Source: Chiloscyllium plagiosum (Eukaryota). From it: a stretch of 64,000 bases of DNA. Shown in pieces: positions 38,840-49,611 of the stretch. Location of the stretch: NCBI RefSeq assembly GCF_004010195.1, contig NC_057719.1:62954726-63018725 (forward strand), given 5' to 3'. The first letter of the stretch is position 1. The number at the start of each line of letters is the position of its first letter. The notes beneath the pieces were generated by a model. The model did not search any database and had not been told where the DNA came from. It worked only from the letters and a program-made list of their open reading frames with translations. Made by a program: the position numbers and the translations under genes.

Positions 38840-39369
38840 TGTGAGGCCTTACATTTTTTTTTGAAAAGTTAGAACAATAGAAGCAGCCTGAATGGGTGGG
38901 GCAAGCTTCCAGAGTACTAAGATTTTTAATTTTAGACTTTCAGTAGCAGTTGCTAGGATCTTGGGCACAATGCCCGGTACTTGTTTTTAAAAATAAGATG
39001 TTAGATTAGACTCCCAACAGTATGGAAACAGGCCATTCAGCCTAACAAGTCCACACTGAACCCCCTGAAGAGTAACCCACCCAGACCAATTCTCCTAACC
39101 TTATATTTACTCCAGGCTAATGTACCTAACACTACAGGCAATTTAGCATGGCCTATTCACCTGACCTGTACATCTCTGGATTGTGGGTGGAAATCCACAC
39201 AGACATGGGGAGAATGTGCAAGCTCCACACAGACAGTTGCACGAGACTGGAATCAAACCCAGGTCCCTGGCGCTGTGAGGCAGCAGTGGTAGCCACCATG
39301 CCACCCACAAGTTAGGGCCTAGGCTATGTTCTTACTAGATTTTGAGGGGATTTGATCTGGTCCCTAACA
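38840..39369 (+). mobile_element. Internally deleted solo-LTR-like repeat with nested HE1
   Basis: Starts TGT, ends ACA, and is homologous to 9400-9840; no clear TSD. Confidence 0.45.
39001..39307 (-). mobile_element. HE1-type SINE
   Basis: TTAGATTAGA...GGAAACAGGCC...CCCTGGCGCTGTGAGGCAGCAG...CCACCATGCCACCC. Confidence 0.92.
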
Positions 39370-40419
39370 GGTGCCAAGAGAAAAGATTTGCTCTGGATGC
39401 TACACGGAACTAAACCATGTCCTTATGAGTGCAGGTGTTATACTTAGCTACAAGTATAGCTATTCTATTTAGACCATTGTGCTATAACTTATGATTTGTA
39501 AAAAGGATGCCTTTGTGAGACATAAACAAAAGTCAGAAAGGGGAACACATTTTTGAGAGAAGTTAGGAACCAGGAGACATTTATGAAACGTGGGAAGGAT
39601 AGGGACTGAGTGAAATAAATCTGCACCGCAGAGTTTGAGAAAACGAACAAGGTAGCAGGACTAACGCAAAGGATTGGGAAGTGGCTGATAAGGAGACAAG
39701 AAGTTACAGTAAAAACTTCAACATTGCTCCTTTAAATGGAGCAGTGCCAAAAAGGCTAGCAAATATTGATTTATTTTCTTTGCATGTGACAAAGGCTGAG
39801 GGAATTGATGCTGAACAAGACCACCATCAGCTGCTTTCTCTCTACCTCACATGCTGGGGAAACATCATGTTACTCTAAGGTCATTCTATCTCTCATTCAT
39901 GACAACAAATTGATTATTTATACATGTCCAATTATACATTTTGTACAGTATTAAAACATCTAATGCTTTAAACCTTAATCTGCTGCAAAGATTGTTATTA
40001 TGTCCCCTGAAACTATCTGCGGATGAATTATGCAACATCTGTCAGGCATTCTTACCTGAAGTTGAGAATTAAATGAAAAAAATTGCGTAATGTGTCAATT
40101 TTGACAATAATTACACCATTACAGCTACGCTGCAAGGAATTCACAGAGTGCAAGAAATGATTGTCTGGATCCTGCCATGAAGAATTGTGATTGATTTACG
40201 GTAGACAAATACATTACAAATCATTAGGAAATGTAGGTCATTCAGCACATTCCTCTATTGAAACTATGTTAGATTTATGTGCATAATATTTTTTAGATTA
40301 CAAAGCTTTTGTATCAGTATAATAAAGCGATTTTGCAAGTTTGGTTCCAGTATTTTATAAGAGTTTACATTAGCACTTGAAGAGGTTTTAGAAGTTACAA
40401 ATGCCACTTTCACAAACAA

Positions 40420-40830
40420 CAATGCTCCTAGCTGTGTAAAGAGCTGCTGAAACTCGAGTTCTCTGAAGTAAGAGTTTGTGGACAGTGAGATAACCTCAAG
40501 CAAACATATTTGCAACAGATGTCTCTTGTAACTCATTGAGTTGGAGTGGATGTTGAAGGCACTGCAACGTGCCAGGGACAGAGTATCTGGACAATGTGCT
40601 GAAGGCTTCTTGGAAAGGTATCGAAAGAGTATAACCTCTGGCCTAACTGATAGTGTACAACATGAAGAGAATCCAGGCAAGATAAAGAATGTAAATTGTC
40701 AAAAACTGAACCAATCCAACCAGCACACTGCACATGCTGATTGTAATGATAAAGACAAGTATTTTTGTTGGACAGCTAGAATAACCTTGGCACCTCAGAG
40801 TGAAGGAACGCCGGAAAAGACCAATTGATT
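40420..40830 (+). mobile_element. Decayed CR1 ORF1 N-terminal fragment
   Basis: Cys-rich HICNRCLL followed by coiled-coil-like ELEWMLKALQRAR. Confidence 0.5.
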
Positions 40831-41071
40831 CATTAGGCTTGTCTCTTCCTGGCATGGTAGAAGATAGTATCCCCTTCATTCTTCCCTTGCACCTTTGTAC
40901 TCTCACACACAATCACATTGTCTCTTGGAGGATGCATGTGTACTACTTAGGTAACTCTTCAGATTTGTTCAAAGGCAAGAGAAAGCACTATCTTGACATT
41001 GCTAAGCAAGTCAGTCATCTATCACGTGTCTCAGGTTTGTTCAACTCTCTAGATCCTTCTTATTCCTTATT

Positions 41072-41567
41072 ATGGGATGGATATTATTGAGCTGGAAAGA
41101 GTTTGGAAAAGATTCACCAGGATGTTGCTAGGAATGGAGTTGGGGGAGAGGCTGGAAAAGCTGGGACTATTTTTACTGGAGCATAGAAGGTTGAGCGGTG
41201 ACCTTACAGAGGTTTATAAAATCATGAGAAGCATGCATAAGGTGAATGGCAGGTGTCTTTTCCCTAGGGTGGAGGATTTCAAGTTTCAGCGACATATTTT
41301 TTAATGAGAGGATAAGGATTTAAAAAAAGACATGAGGGGCTATTTCTTTACATAGAGAGTGGTTTGTGTGTGGAATGAACTACCAGAGGAAGTGGTGGAT
41401 GCAGATACAGTTTAAAAGACATTTGGATAAGTACATGAATAAGAAATGTTTGTAGGGATATGGGCTAAACACAGGCAGGTGGCACTAATTTAGTTTGGGA
41501 TTATGGTCGGCATGGACTGGTTGGATGGAAGGGTCTGTTTCCACGCTGTAAGTCTCTATGACTCTAC
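41072..41567 (+). mobile_element. CR1 3' part
   Basis: DIIELERVWKRFTRML...LSGDLTEVYKIMR; CTCTATGACTCT tail. Confidence 0.92.
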
Positions 41568-41715
41568 TCCTAGGCTTTATTATTTTTGGGGAATCTCTTA
41601 ATTCTCTAACAAACACATTCCATTTTTTCAAATCTCCACATTCCCAGTATCTCAAAGTGAATCAGAACAATCTCTCCTGAAGGACTGAATTTTTCCAAGG
41701 TTTGACTTGGTTTAA

Positions 41716-42220
41716 AGTTTGAAGAGTTTTACCAAAGGGATTGTCTCCTTGAGCTCTGGCAAGCTGTCACAGAACTCAATGTTGCTCACCACATTAAGGA
41801 TGCATCCCAGCTCTCGCACGACCTTGAGATCAGCAGTATCAGAGGTCCTCGTCCATGCCAGGACCTTTAGCATTCACACTGTGGTTGTGCCCAGCTTTAT
41901 ATAAAGACAGACCAGTGCACTGGTTCAGATATACTAGGAAAGAATAGCCCTTCACAGGTCCCCTGCATGAGGGGTATGATTGTTGAAGCAGATTCACTTG
42001 CGGGTTTATGGACCTGCAAGTCCTGGTGGATGAGATGCCCGACAATGGAGACGAGGGCAATCCTCTTTCCTCAAAACCAGTAGAAGGCACCCGGCCTTAC
42101 AAGTCTGCTCGGAGGTTGCCACCTGGGTCAGTGTGAGGTTAACAATCCAGAGGTATACCCAGACATATAGGATGAAAGTTACTGACCCACTGTGCTCTAC
42201 AAAGACAAGTACCACTACTT
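41716..42220 (-). mobile_element. Possible very decayed LINE endonuclease fragment
   Basis: Weak APE-like remnants (MSGY; QLARAQGDNPF resembling QLV.EPTRG.N.LD). Confidence 0.3.
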
Positions 42221-43225
42221 TCCATCTGCTCTCTCAAACTCACGCATCTCTACTACTGCACAAACCCTCCACTAGGGCTCACTGCTGCTTGCAGCATCTC
42301 CCTCAATAGCATCAACCACATCACTCGCCCAGACTGCTAACTCTATCTACCCTCCGTGCTTCCCGTTCACTTGGGCACCTCACCATCTTTCACCATCTGC
42401 AACAGTATTAACAACTGTGCCACCCACTTACACCTCACTCGGTCCCTGCCCTTGTTTCGTTCCTGGGCAAAACATAGCAGAGCGGGCAAAGACATGTGCT
42501 GGTAGTGTCCGACATCTGTCTACTCACCAGCCAGGAATGACATTGGGTAAATGCACAAACAGAAATAGGATCAGCAGGGAGGTTTGTTAGGGGCACTCAG
42601 AAGACTTGACTGAAGGTCAGAGGAGGCCACAAATGCCATCACTTTGTGGCATTAACTTCTATTGTATGACACAAAAAGTGAAGAAAGAACAAACTGAATA
42701 GATGTATTTGCATTTGAGAATAAACGGGGCCTTGCTTGCTTTTCTCCCGTCAACAAGTTTAAAGTCAATCAATGGATGACTTCACCCAAATCAGTTCCAT
42801 CGGATGTGGGTAGTATTTAAGTCCTTTCTGTCCGGTTGCAAGCTGAAGATTTTGTACTCTATTATGGTTAAAGTGATTTTTTTTCTGCTGCAAAAATATA
42901 CTTTATTCATTTAAAAAAAATCTTTATGTTCCTTGTGTTGGAGTTCTGTACAGTGTTTGCGCATAAAGTAAAGCAAACATTGGAAATGGGCATTCCCTGC
43001 ATAATGCAAAGCCAAAGGCATTTTCTACTTCTGCAAGACACTATTCATGTACATTTTGAGGCAAAAGAAGGGTCTGATAACTAAACAGCCGCTCAGAGTA
43101 CTTTGGTAGAAAGAAATGACGGTGGTCATTCCCCACTGCACCGTGGCAGCAGCTGCCTTATGCATTAGTGCATCCCTCAGCACATAGTCGTAGACCTTGG
43201 AAAGTGCCAGACTCTGGATAAGCTG

Positions 43226-43358
43226 GGAGAAAGTGAGGCTGGCAGATGCTGGAGATCAGAGCTGAAAAATGTGTTGCTGGAAAAGCGCAGCAGGTCAGGC
43301 AGCATCCAAGGAGCAGGAGAATCGACGTTTCGGGCATAAGCCCTTCTTCAGGAATGAA
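43226..43358 (-). mobile_element. Short Penelope-derived insertion with hammerhead motif
   Basis: Same family as 6365-6571; TSD TCTGGAT(A/G)AGCTG at 43213-43225 and 43359-43371. Confidence 0.9.
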
Positions 43359-43887
43359 TCTGGATGAGCTGACCAAGGCCCTCGAATCCATACTCTCGAC
43401 TTATGAAGGATGGGCCTGGGCTCATTGCTGCGGAACGCTCTAACTAATTCAACTCGTCTGTATCAATTGCCCTTGTGAAGACATTTGTGAAAGGAAACAC
43501 CTTTGACCACATGTCCAACAAGCAGTGATTAGCATGGAGCATCCTCGGGACACTGTGGGAAAAGGAAAGGGTGGGCTGAGCAGACTGTGGAAGCCATTTG
43601 ACAGAGTACCTCATCACCAGTATTTTCCAACAGCACCACGGCATCACTTGTCTAGTGGTGAGAAGGGCACTGCCCGTCAGATCCTTCATGTGTGCCTGAA
43701 CTCTCTCTGCCACTGCATGCTGCCCTCAAGTGGCTGCATGGGTGAACAGACTGTCATTCACCTATTTCTAGAATGTGTCCTTGCAAAGACGGTCTGGCGA
43801 GAAACAAAATGGTTTTTGTTGAGGTTTGACCTGAGCAGATCCATTATGTAGAATTCTGTGCTCTAAGGTCTGTTCCCCAGGACATAC

Positions 43888-44059
43888 TTTTTTTTAATTT
43901 CAAAAACATACTTTATTCATAAAATATTTTGATGATCTGTACAATTGGTCATGCCATATATACATAAACATTCCATTTCTTTGCATACAGAGATCAGAAT
44001 TAATCATTTGTATATATAGGTCTGTACGTTTACCATCCATATATCCATATGTTTAGCTG
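43888..44059 (-). mobile_element. Tx1-clade 3' UTR stub
   Basis: Close copy of 44074-44244, flanked by CTGTTCCCCAGGACATAC and CTGTTCCCCATGACACC. Confidence 0.88.
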
Positions 44060-44073
44060 TTCCCCATGACACC

Positions 44074-45357
44074 TTTTTTTAATTTCAAAAATATACTTTA
44101 TTCATAAAGTATTTTGATGGTCTGTACAGTTAGTCATGCCATACATAAGTAAACATTCCATTTCTTTGCATACAGAGATCAGAATTTATCATTTGTATAT
44201 ACAGGACTGTACGTTTATCAATCATATATCCATATATTTAGCTGAGGTGTCAGCAGAGCCCAAATGACTGCGGGGGGCCCCTGTTCTTCTTAGGCAGGCA
44301 GATGTTACATGGTGGTCTTTCCCCACCACGCCTTGGCGGCAGCTGCCCCAAGCACCAGCGCGTCCCTCAACACATAGTCCTGGACCTTGGAATGTGCCAG
44401 TCTGCAAAACTCAGTCAGGGTCAACTCCTTCAGCTGGAAGATCAACAGGTTTTGGACCGCCCAGAGAGCGTCCTTCACCGAGTTGATGATCCTCCAGGCG
44501 CAGTTGATGTTCGTCTCGGTGTGCGTCCCGGGGAACAGACCGTAGAGCACAGAGTCCCGCGTCACGGCGCTGCTCGGGACGAACCTCGACAAACACCACT
44601 GCATTCCTCTCCAGACTTCTTCTGCATAGGCACATTCCAGAACGAGGTGTGTGACAGTCTCGTCCCCCCCACCAGCCGCTTCGAGGGCAGCGTGTGGTGT
44701 GGCTGAGAGTCCGGCGTGCATAAAGGGTCTGACAGGCAGGGCCTTTCTCACCACCAGCCAAACTATGTCTTGGTGCTTTTTGGAAAGTTCTGGCGATGAG
44801 GCATTCTGCCAAATGGCTTTGACAGTCTGCTCAGGGAACCGCTCAATAGGATCCGCCCTCTCCTTTTCCTGAAGGGTCTCAAGGACACTACGTGCTGACC
44901 ACTTCCTGATGGACTTGTGGTCAAAGGTGTTTTTCTTCACAAACTTCTCCACGAAGGACAGGTGATACAGAATGGTCCAACTACTCGGAGCGTTCCGCGG
45001 CAGCGAGGCCAGGCCCATCGTTCGCAACACCGGGGACAGGTAGAACCTCAGTACGTAGTGACACTTTGCGTACCGGGGATCCACACACAGCTTGATGCAG
45101 CCACACACAAAGGTGGCCATCAGGGTGAGGGTGGCATTGGGTGTATATTTTCCCCCGTTACCCAGATCTTTATATATTGTGTCCCTTTGGACCCGATCCA
45201 TCTTTGATCTCCATATAAATTGGAAGATGGCCCGGGTGACTGCAGTGGCACAGATTCTGGGAACAGGCCAGACCTGTGCCACATATAACAGCAATGACAG
45301 TGCCTCACACCTGATGACCAGGTTTTTTCCCGCGATGGAGAGCAACCGTAGCTTCCA
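44074..45357 (-). mobile_element. Young 5'-truncated Tx1-clade L1 (ORF2 C-terminal third and 3' UTR)
   Basis: 356-aa ORF 44305-45375: LSIAGKNLVIR, IFQFIW, WLVVRKALPVR, ETVTHLVLEC..AEEVW zinc-knuckle region; CpG-rich; AATAAA and poly(A). Confidence 0.93.
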
Positions 45358-46080
45358 GGACACACAATGAGACAAATGTCTAATATACCCAGAGGTCCAT
45401 TGACTCAGTTGAAGTGATGTTACTCCTGATCAACAGATGTCTTCACCCAGTAAGATCTGAGGGGCCTAATTCTTACTATTGACTCTTGAAGAGCTTCTCA
45501 TCACTCACAAGTGGAGCACCCTCCCTCAAGCAGAAAAAAACTTACGCTCCATTCTGGATGAGCTGACAGCCATTTTCCATTTCCATTACAAATTTGCAAT
45601 TCAGATGAGGGTGGAAAGCAACACAGGTCACACTGCCCAGAGGGAGTTTCAGGTTCAGCCTGGTCATTTCGATACCTTCCCAAATCTACGTGTTTCTTGC
45701 ACTCTCTGTCAACCCCACTAAGTTCAACTAAACCTTTGAGCTATCTTTATTTGAGTACAGATAAAACCTTTCAGAATGTTCTGAATCCGAGAGGGAAATG
45801 TATTTTTTCCCAATTCTGTACAACTGAGATTTTCTGCAGGCTGATATCTGATCAATGTTACAGCCATTATAGAGAAGCATGAGAAACATCAGTGTCCTTG
45901 TGACAAGATATTTAGGCCTTGATCTTAACTGGATGGGATTTCTTAGCTGACAAACCTTAGTTTCCTGATGGGCAAGGATCTAGATAACAGAGACTGCAGC
46001 TCAGAGCAGTTTCCTTGCTGCTGGGGTAGAAATCCCCAGGGTTTAGGTGTAGTTATGTCAGAGATGTTAATCCTGGACAA

Positions 46081-46350
46081 TTCAGATTCCAGAGTAAATC
46101 TTGGCTTGTTGGATCCTCACTTTGTAACTGTTATGAAGGACGGGTCTGACCTCATTGCCATGGAACCCAAGAAGTTGGACCTTCTTACCCGTCCCTCATG
46201 GAAAAAGTTGGAAAAGAAAACACCGTGACCACAAGGCTATCAGGCAGTTGTCAGCATGTAGTGTCCTTGAGACCCTGTTGTGGAGGTCAGTTACTGAATG
46301 CATTCCCAAGAGGCTGCTTTTGTACTTTTATAAAATAAAATGTTCATTCA
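46081..46350 (+). mobile_element. Short internally deleted Tx1-derived insertion
   Basis: DHKAIRQLSACSVLETL matches Tx1 DHKSIRKWSARSVLETL; flanked by AGATGTT(A/G)ATCCTGGACAA direct repeats. Confidence 0.6.
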
Positions 46351-47495
46351 AGATGTTGATCCTGGACAACTTTAAATGTTGTGTTTATTCATACAACATG
46401 CCAAAATATAAATACAAGGAAATGGAGCCACGACCTCACACACACAGGCACATGCACACAAGTAATGATAGATTCTGGAGAAAGAGCATGTCATAGAGTC
46501 ATAGTCATAGAGATGTACAGCACGGAAACAGACCATTCAGTCCAACTCGTCCATGCTGACCAGATATCCCAACCTAATCTCATCCCACCTGCCAGCACCT
46601 GGCCCATATCCCCCCAAACCCTTCCTATTCACATACCCATCCAAATGTCTTTTAATTGCTGTAATTGTAATTGTATCAGCCTCCACCACTGATGAAAAGT
46701 AGTGGACCTAGCTCCGATCCTTGTGGCATTCCACTGGTCACAGGCCTCCAGTCTGAAAAACAACCCTCCAACACCATCCTCTGTCTTCTACTTTTGAGCC
46801 AGTTCTGTATCCAACTGGCTAGTTCTCCCTGTATTCAATGAGAGCTAACCTTGCTAATCAGTCTCCCATGGGGAACCTTGTCGAACGCCTTATTGAAGTT
46901 CATATAGATCACATCTACCGCTCTGCCCAATTCAATCCTCTTTGTTACTTCTTCAAAAAACTCAATCAAGTTTGTAAGACTTGATTTTCCATGCACAAAG
47001 CCATATTGACTATCCCTAATCAGTCCTTGCCTTTCCAAATACATGGAAATCCTGTTCCTCAGTATTCCCTTCAACAACTTGCACATTACCAACATCAGGC
47101 TCACCGGTCTATAATTCCCTTAAGGCTTGTCCTTACCACCCTTCTTAAGCAGTCGCACCAGGGTAGCCAACCTCCTGTCTTCTGGCACCTCACCTGTAAC
47201 TATTGATAATACAAGTATCTCAGCAAGGGGCCCAGCAATCACTTCCCTAGCTTTCCACAGAGTTCTCGGGTACACCTGATCAGGTCCTGAGGACTGATCC
47301 ACTTTTATGTGTTTCAAGACATCCAGCACTTCCTCCTCTGTCATATGGACATTTTCCAACATGTCATCATCTATTTCCCTACAGTCTTTATCTTCCATGT
47401 CCTTCTCCATGATAAACACTGATGCAAAATACTCGTTTAGTATCTTCCCCATCTCCTGCAGCTCCACACAAAGGCAGCCTTGCCTATATTTGAGA

Positions 47496-47650
47496 GGAGA
47501 AAGTGAGGTCTGCAGATGCTGGAGATCAAAGTTGAAACTTTATTGCTGGAACAGCACAGCAGGTCAGGCAGCATCCAGGGAACAGGAGATTCGACGTTTC
47601 GGGCACAGGCCCTTCTTCAGGAATGAGCAGAGAGTGTTCAGCAGGAGAAG
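47496..47650 (-). mobile_element. Young Penelope-derived 3' terminus with intact hammerhead
   Basis: Essentially identical to the reverse complement of 10363-10486, plus about 25 nt further upstream. Confidence 0.9.
47589..47624 (-). ncRNA. Minimal type I hammerhead ribozyme motif (best-preserved copy)
   Basis: Reverse complement ATTC-CTGAAGA-A-GGGC-CTGT-GCCC-GAAA-CGTC-GAAT: complete core, 4-bp stem I, 4-bp stem II, GUC cleavage triplet, palindromic ACGT stem III. Confidence 0.82.
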
Positions 47651-47980
47651 ATGGAAAATGAAGTGTTGTTCTTTGAACTTGCGTTAAGGAACACTGCAAC
47701 AGATCTGGGACAGAAATGTTGGTGTAGGAACACAGTGGTGTGTTGAAGTGGAGGCAGTGGGAAACTCTGGGTCATGTTTTACAGACAGAGTGTAGGTGTT
47801 CAGCAAAGCGGTCATCAAATCTGTGTTTCATCTCCCCCGATATACAGGAGACCACATTCTGAGCAGTGAATGAAATAAATGAGTTGAGAGAAGTGCAGGT
47901 AAGCTGCTGCTTCACCTGGAAGGTGTGCCTGAGGCCTTGGATACTGAGGTTGGAGGAAGTAAATCGGCAAGTAAGTCACC
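47651..47980 (-). mobile_element. Older Penelope-like GIY-YIG fragment
   Basis: FQVKQQLTCTS...CSECGLLYIGEMKHRFDDRFAEH. Confidence 0.8.
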
Positions 47981-48592
47981 TTGTGCAAGACCAACCCCTT
48001 CCCACAAACGTCCTAATAGAATTATGTTCGTTGGCCCCAAAGTGCTCCCCCACTGACACCTCAGTCACCTGCCCTGCCTTATTTCCCAAAACTAGGTCAA
48101 GTTTTGCACCTTCTCTAGTAGGTACATTCACATACTGAATCAGAAAATTGTCTTGTACACACTTAATAAATTCCTCTCCATCTAAACCCTTAACACTATG
48201 GCAGTCCCAGTCTATGTTTAGAAAGTTAAAATCCCCTACCATTACCAACCTATTATTCTTACAGATAACTGAGATCTCCTTACAAATTTGTTTTTAAATT
48301 TCCCTCTGACTGTTAGGGGGTCTATAATACAATCCCAATAAGGTGATCATCCCTTTCTTATTTCTCAGTTCAACCTAAATAACTTGTGTTTGGGATGTTC
48401 ACAGAATTCACATAAATCAAACTTGCAATATAAAATTAATGTATCTATTATGTACTTATGTTAAAAACTTAAATCTAAACCAATTTAAAATGTAACTGTA
48501 TCTTGAACTAAAAACATTATACCTCAAAGCATTTTCACATTTGTTAGTCTAAGTGTACATTAGCCCGAGTCATAAAAACAACAGGGGGGATC

Positions 48593-48604
48593 CAAGATGG
48601 CGGC
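48593..48604 (+). promoter_or_regulatory. YY1-type motif in L1 internal promoter
   Basis: CAAGATGGCGGC matches the YY1 consensus, about 10 nt from the G-rich L1 5' end. Confidence 0.7.
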
Positions 48605-48746
48605 GAACAGAAAGGCCTGCCCTGCTGAGCTCTGCACAACAACTCAGGCAAAGTGATGCTTTTACCCTCCCCACCTAAATTATTTCAGGAAAGTTTGATA
48701 ATTAAATATTGGTCGAATTGTTATAAACCTTTTTTCGCAAGGAAAG

Positions 48747-49611
48747 ATGACTAAAAGTAAGGGTTCGAGTAAATCCCAAAACACAGGATATTCCCTGGCA
48801 GCATCAGATATGCCCATAACTATGACTGTGACTGCAACCGCTGCTACAGCCTCTTCTGCAACTCCGCTGGAATCACTTACCCAACAGATCTGGTGAAACT
48901 CCAGGAAATGATCAAGGCGTCGATTGAGGAGTGTCGCACCAGGCTGGAACCAATCTCGATCATGCTGCACACTCACGAGCAGGAGCTGGAAGGGCTCGGA
49001 AAGCAAATGGAGGAGGTCGAATGGCAGACTGCCGCATTCAAGGCCATAATTGAGTCCTTAATGGATAGGCTCCAGGCCCTTGAGGAGCAGGTCCAGGCCT
49101 TAACAGAGCAGGTTGACGACCTCAAAAACAGAGGTAGGAGAAAGAATATCCAGGTCGCCGGGCTGCCGGAGGAAGAGGAAGGTGAGCAGCCAGTAAATTC
49201 TTTTGAAGACCTGCTACTGCGATTCATTGGTTTGGAGGCCGAGGCGAGCTGGGTGAAGGTCAACAGAGTTCATTGGATTGTGGTGTGCAAGTCAGACCAG
49301 CGACCCTGCCTAGTCCTAGTGCAATTCCAATGCTACAGGGACAAGCAGAGAGTTATGGAAGCTTCCAGAATGCAGAGGAAGGATCCACAGACTTTGATTT
49401 ACAAAGGTTCCAAGATAATGTTCTTCCAGGACTTTTCTGCGGCCATGATCTGTAAAAGGATGTCCTTTAATGAGATGAAGAGAAGACTGAGGGACATCAG
49501 TATTCAGTATTCTGTCAGGTACCCGGCTGTGCTTAGTTTTACTCATGATGGGTCTGTACGCTGATTTGATTCTATAGAAAAATTAAAAAACTTTCTGGAC
49601 ACTTTAAAATA
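48747..49611 (+). pseudogene. L1 ORF1p (coiled coil, RRM, CTD), one frameshift near 48890 and a premature stop at 49562
   Basis: DDLKNRGRRKNIQVAGLPE, VNRVHW, RPCLVLVQF, IMFFQDFS, YSVRYPAVL motifs of L1 ORF1p. Confidence 0.9.

Larger units (their letters stand above)
42877..45407 (-). mobile_element. Old Tx1-clade L1 insertion with 5' inversion (3' part minus 42877-43375; inverted part plus 43385-43887 and 45355-45407)
   Basis: poly(T) plus TACTTTATTCAT 3' end; SKVYDYVLRDAL on minus; RMGLGSL...NTFDH...LVVRRALPVRSFM...ETVIHLFLEC-like on plus; TSD GTT(A/G)AAGTGAT at 42867-42877 and 45408-45418. Confidence 0.8.
46490..48385 (-). mobile_element. CR1 LINE with internal deletions and nested Penelope fragments
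   Basis: VGDFNFLNIDW...PTREGAKLDLVL (EN), SGPDQVYPRTL, SQYGFVHGKSSLTNL, FNKAFDKVPH; tail 46490-46690 is joined directly to the RT region. Confidence 0.93.

Noticed and set aside
44305..45375. 356-aa ORF as a host gene
   Set aside because: It is a 5'-truncated Tx1 ORF2 C-terminus; the start codon comes from the flank, and compensating frameshifts disturb the zinc-knuckle region.
48893..49564. 223-aa ORF as a domesticated host gene (L1TD1-like)
   Set aside because: It sits in an L1 with 5' UTR and ORF2, and has an upstream frameshift and a premature stop.
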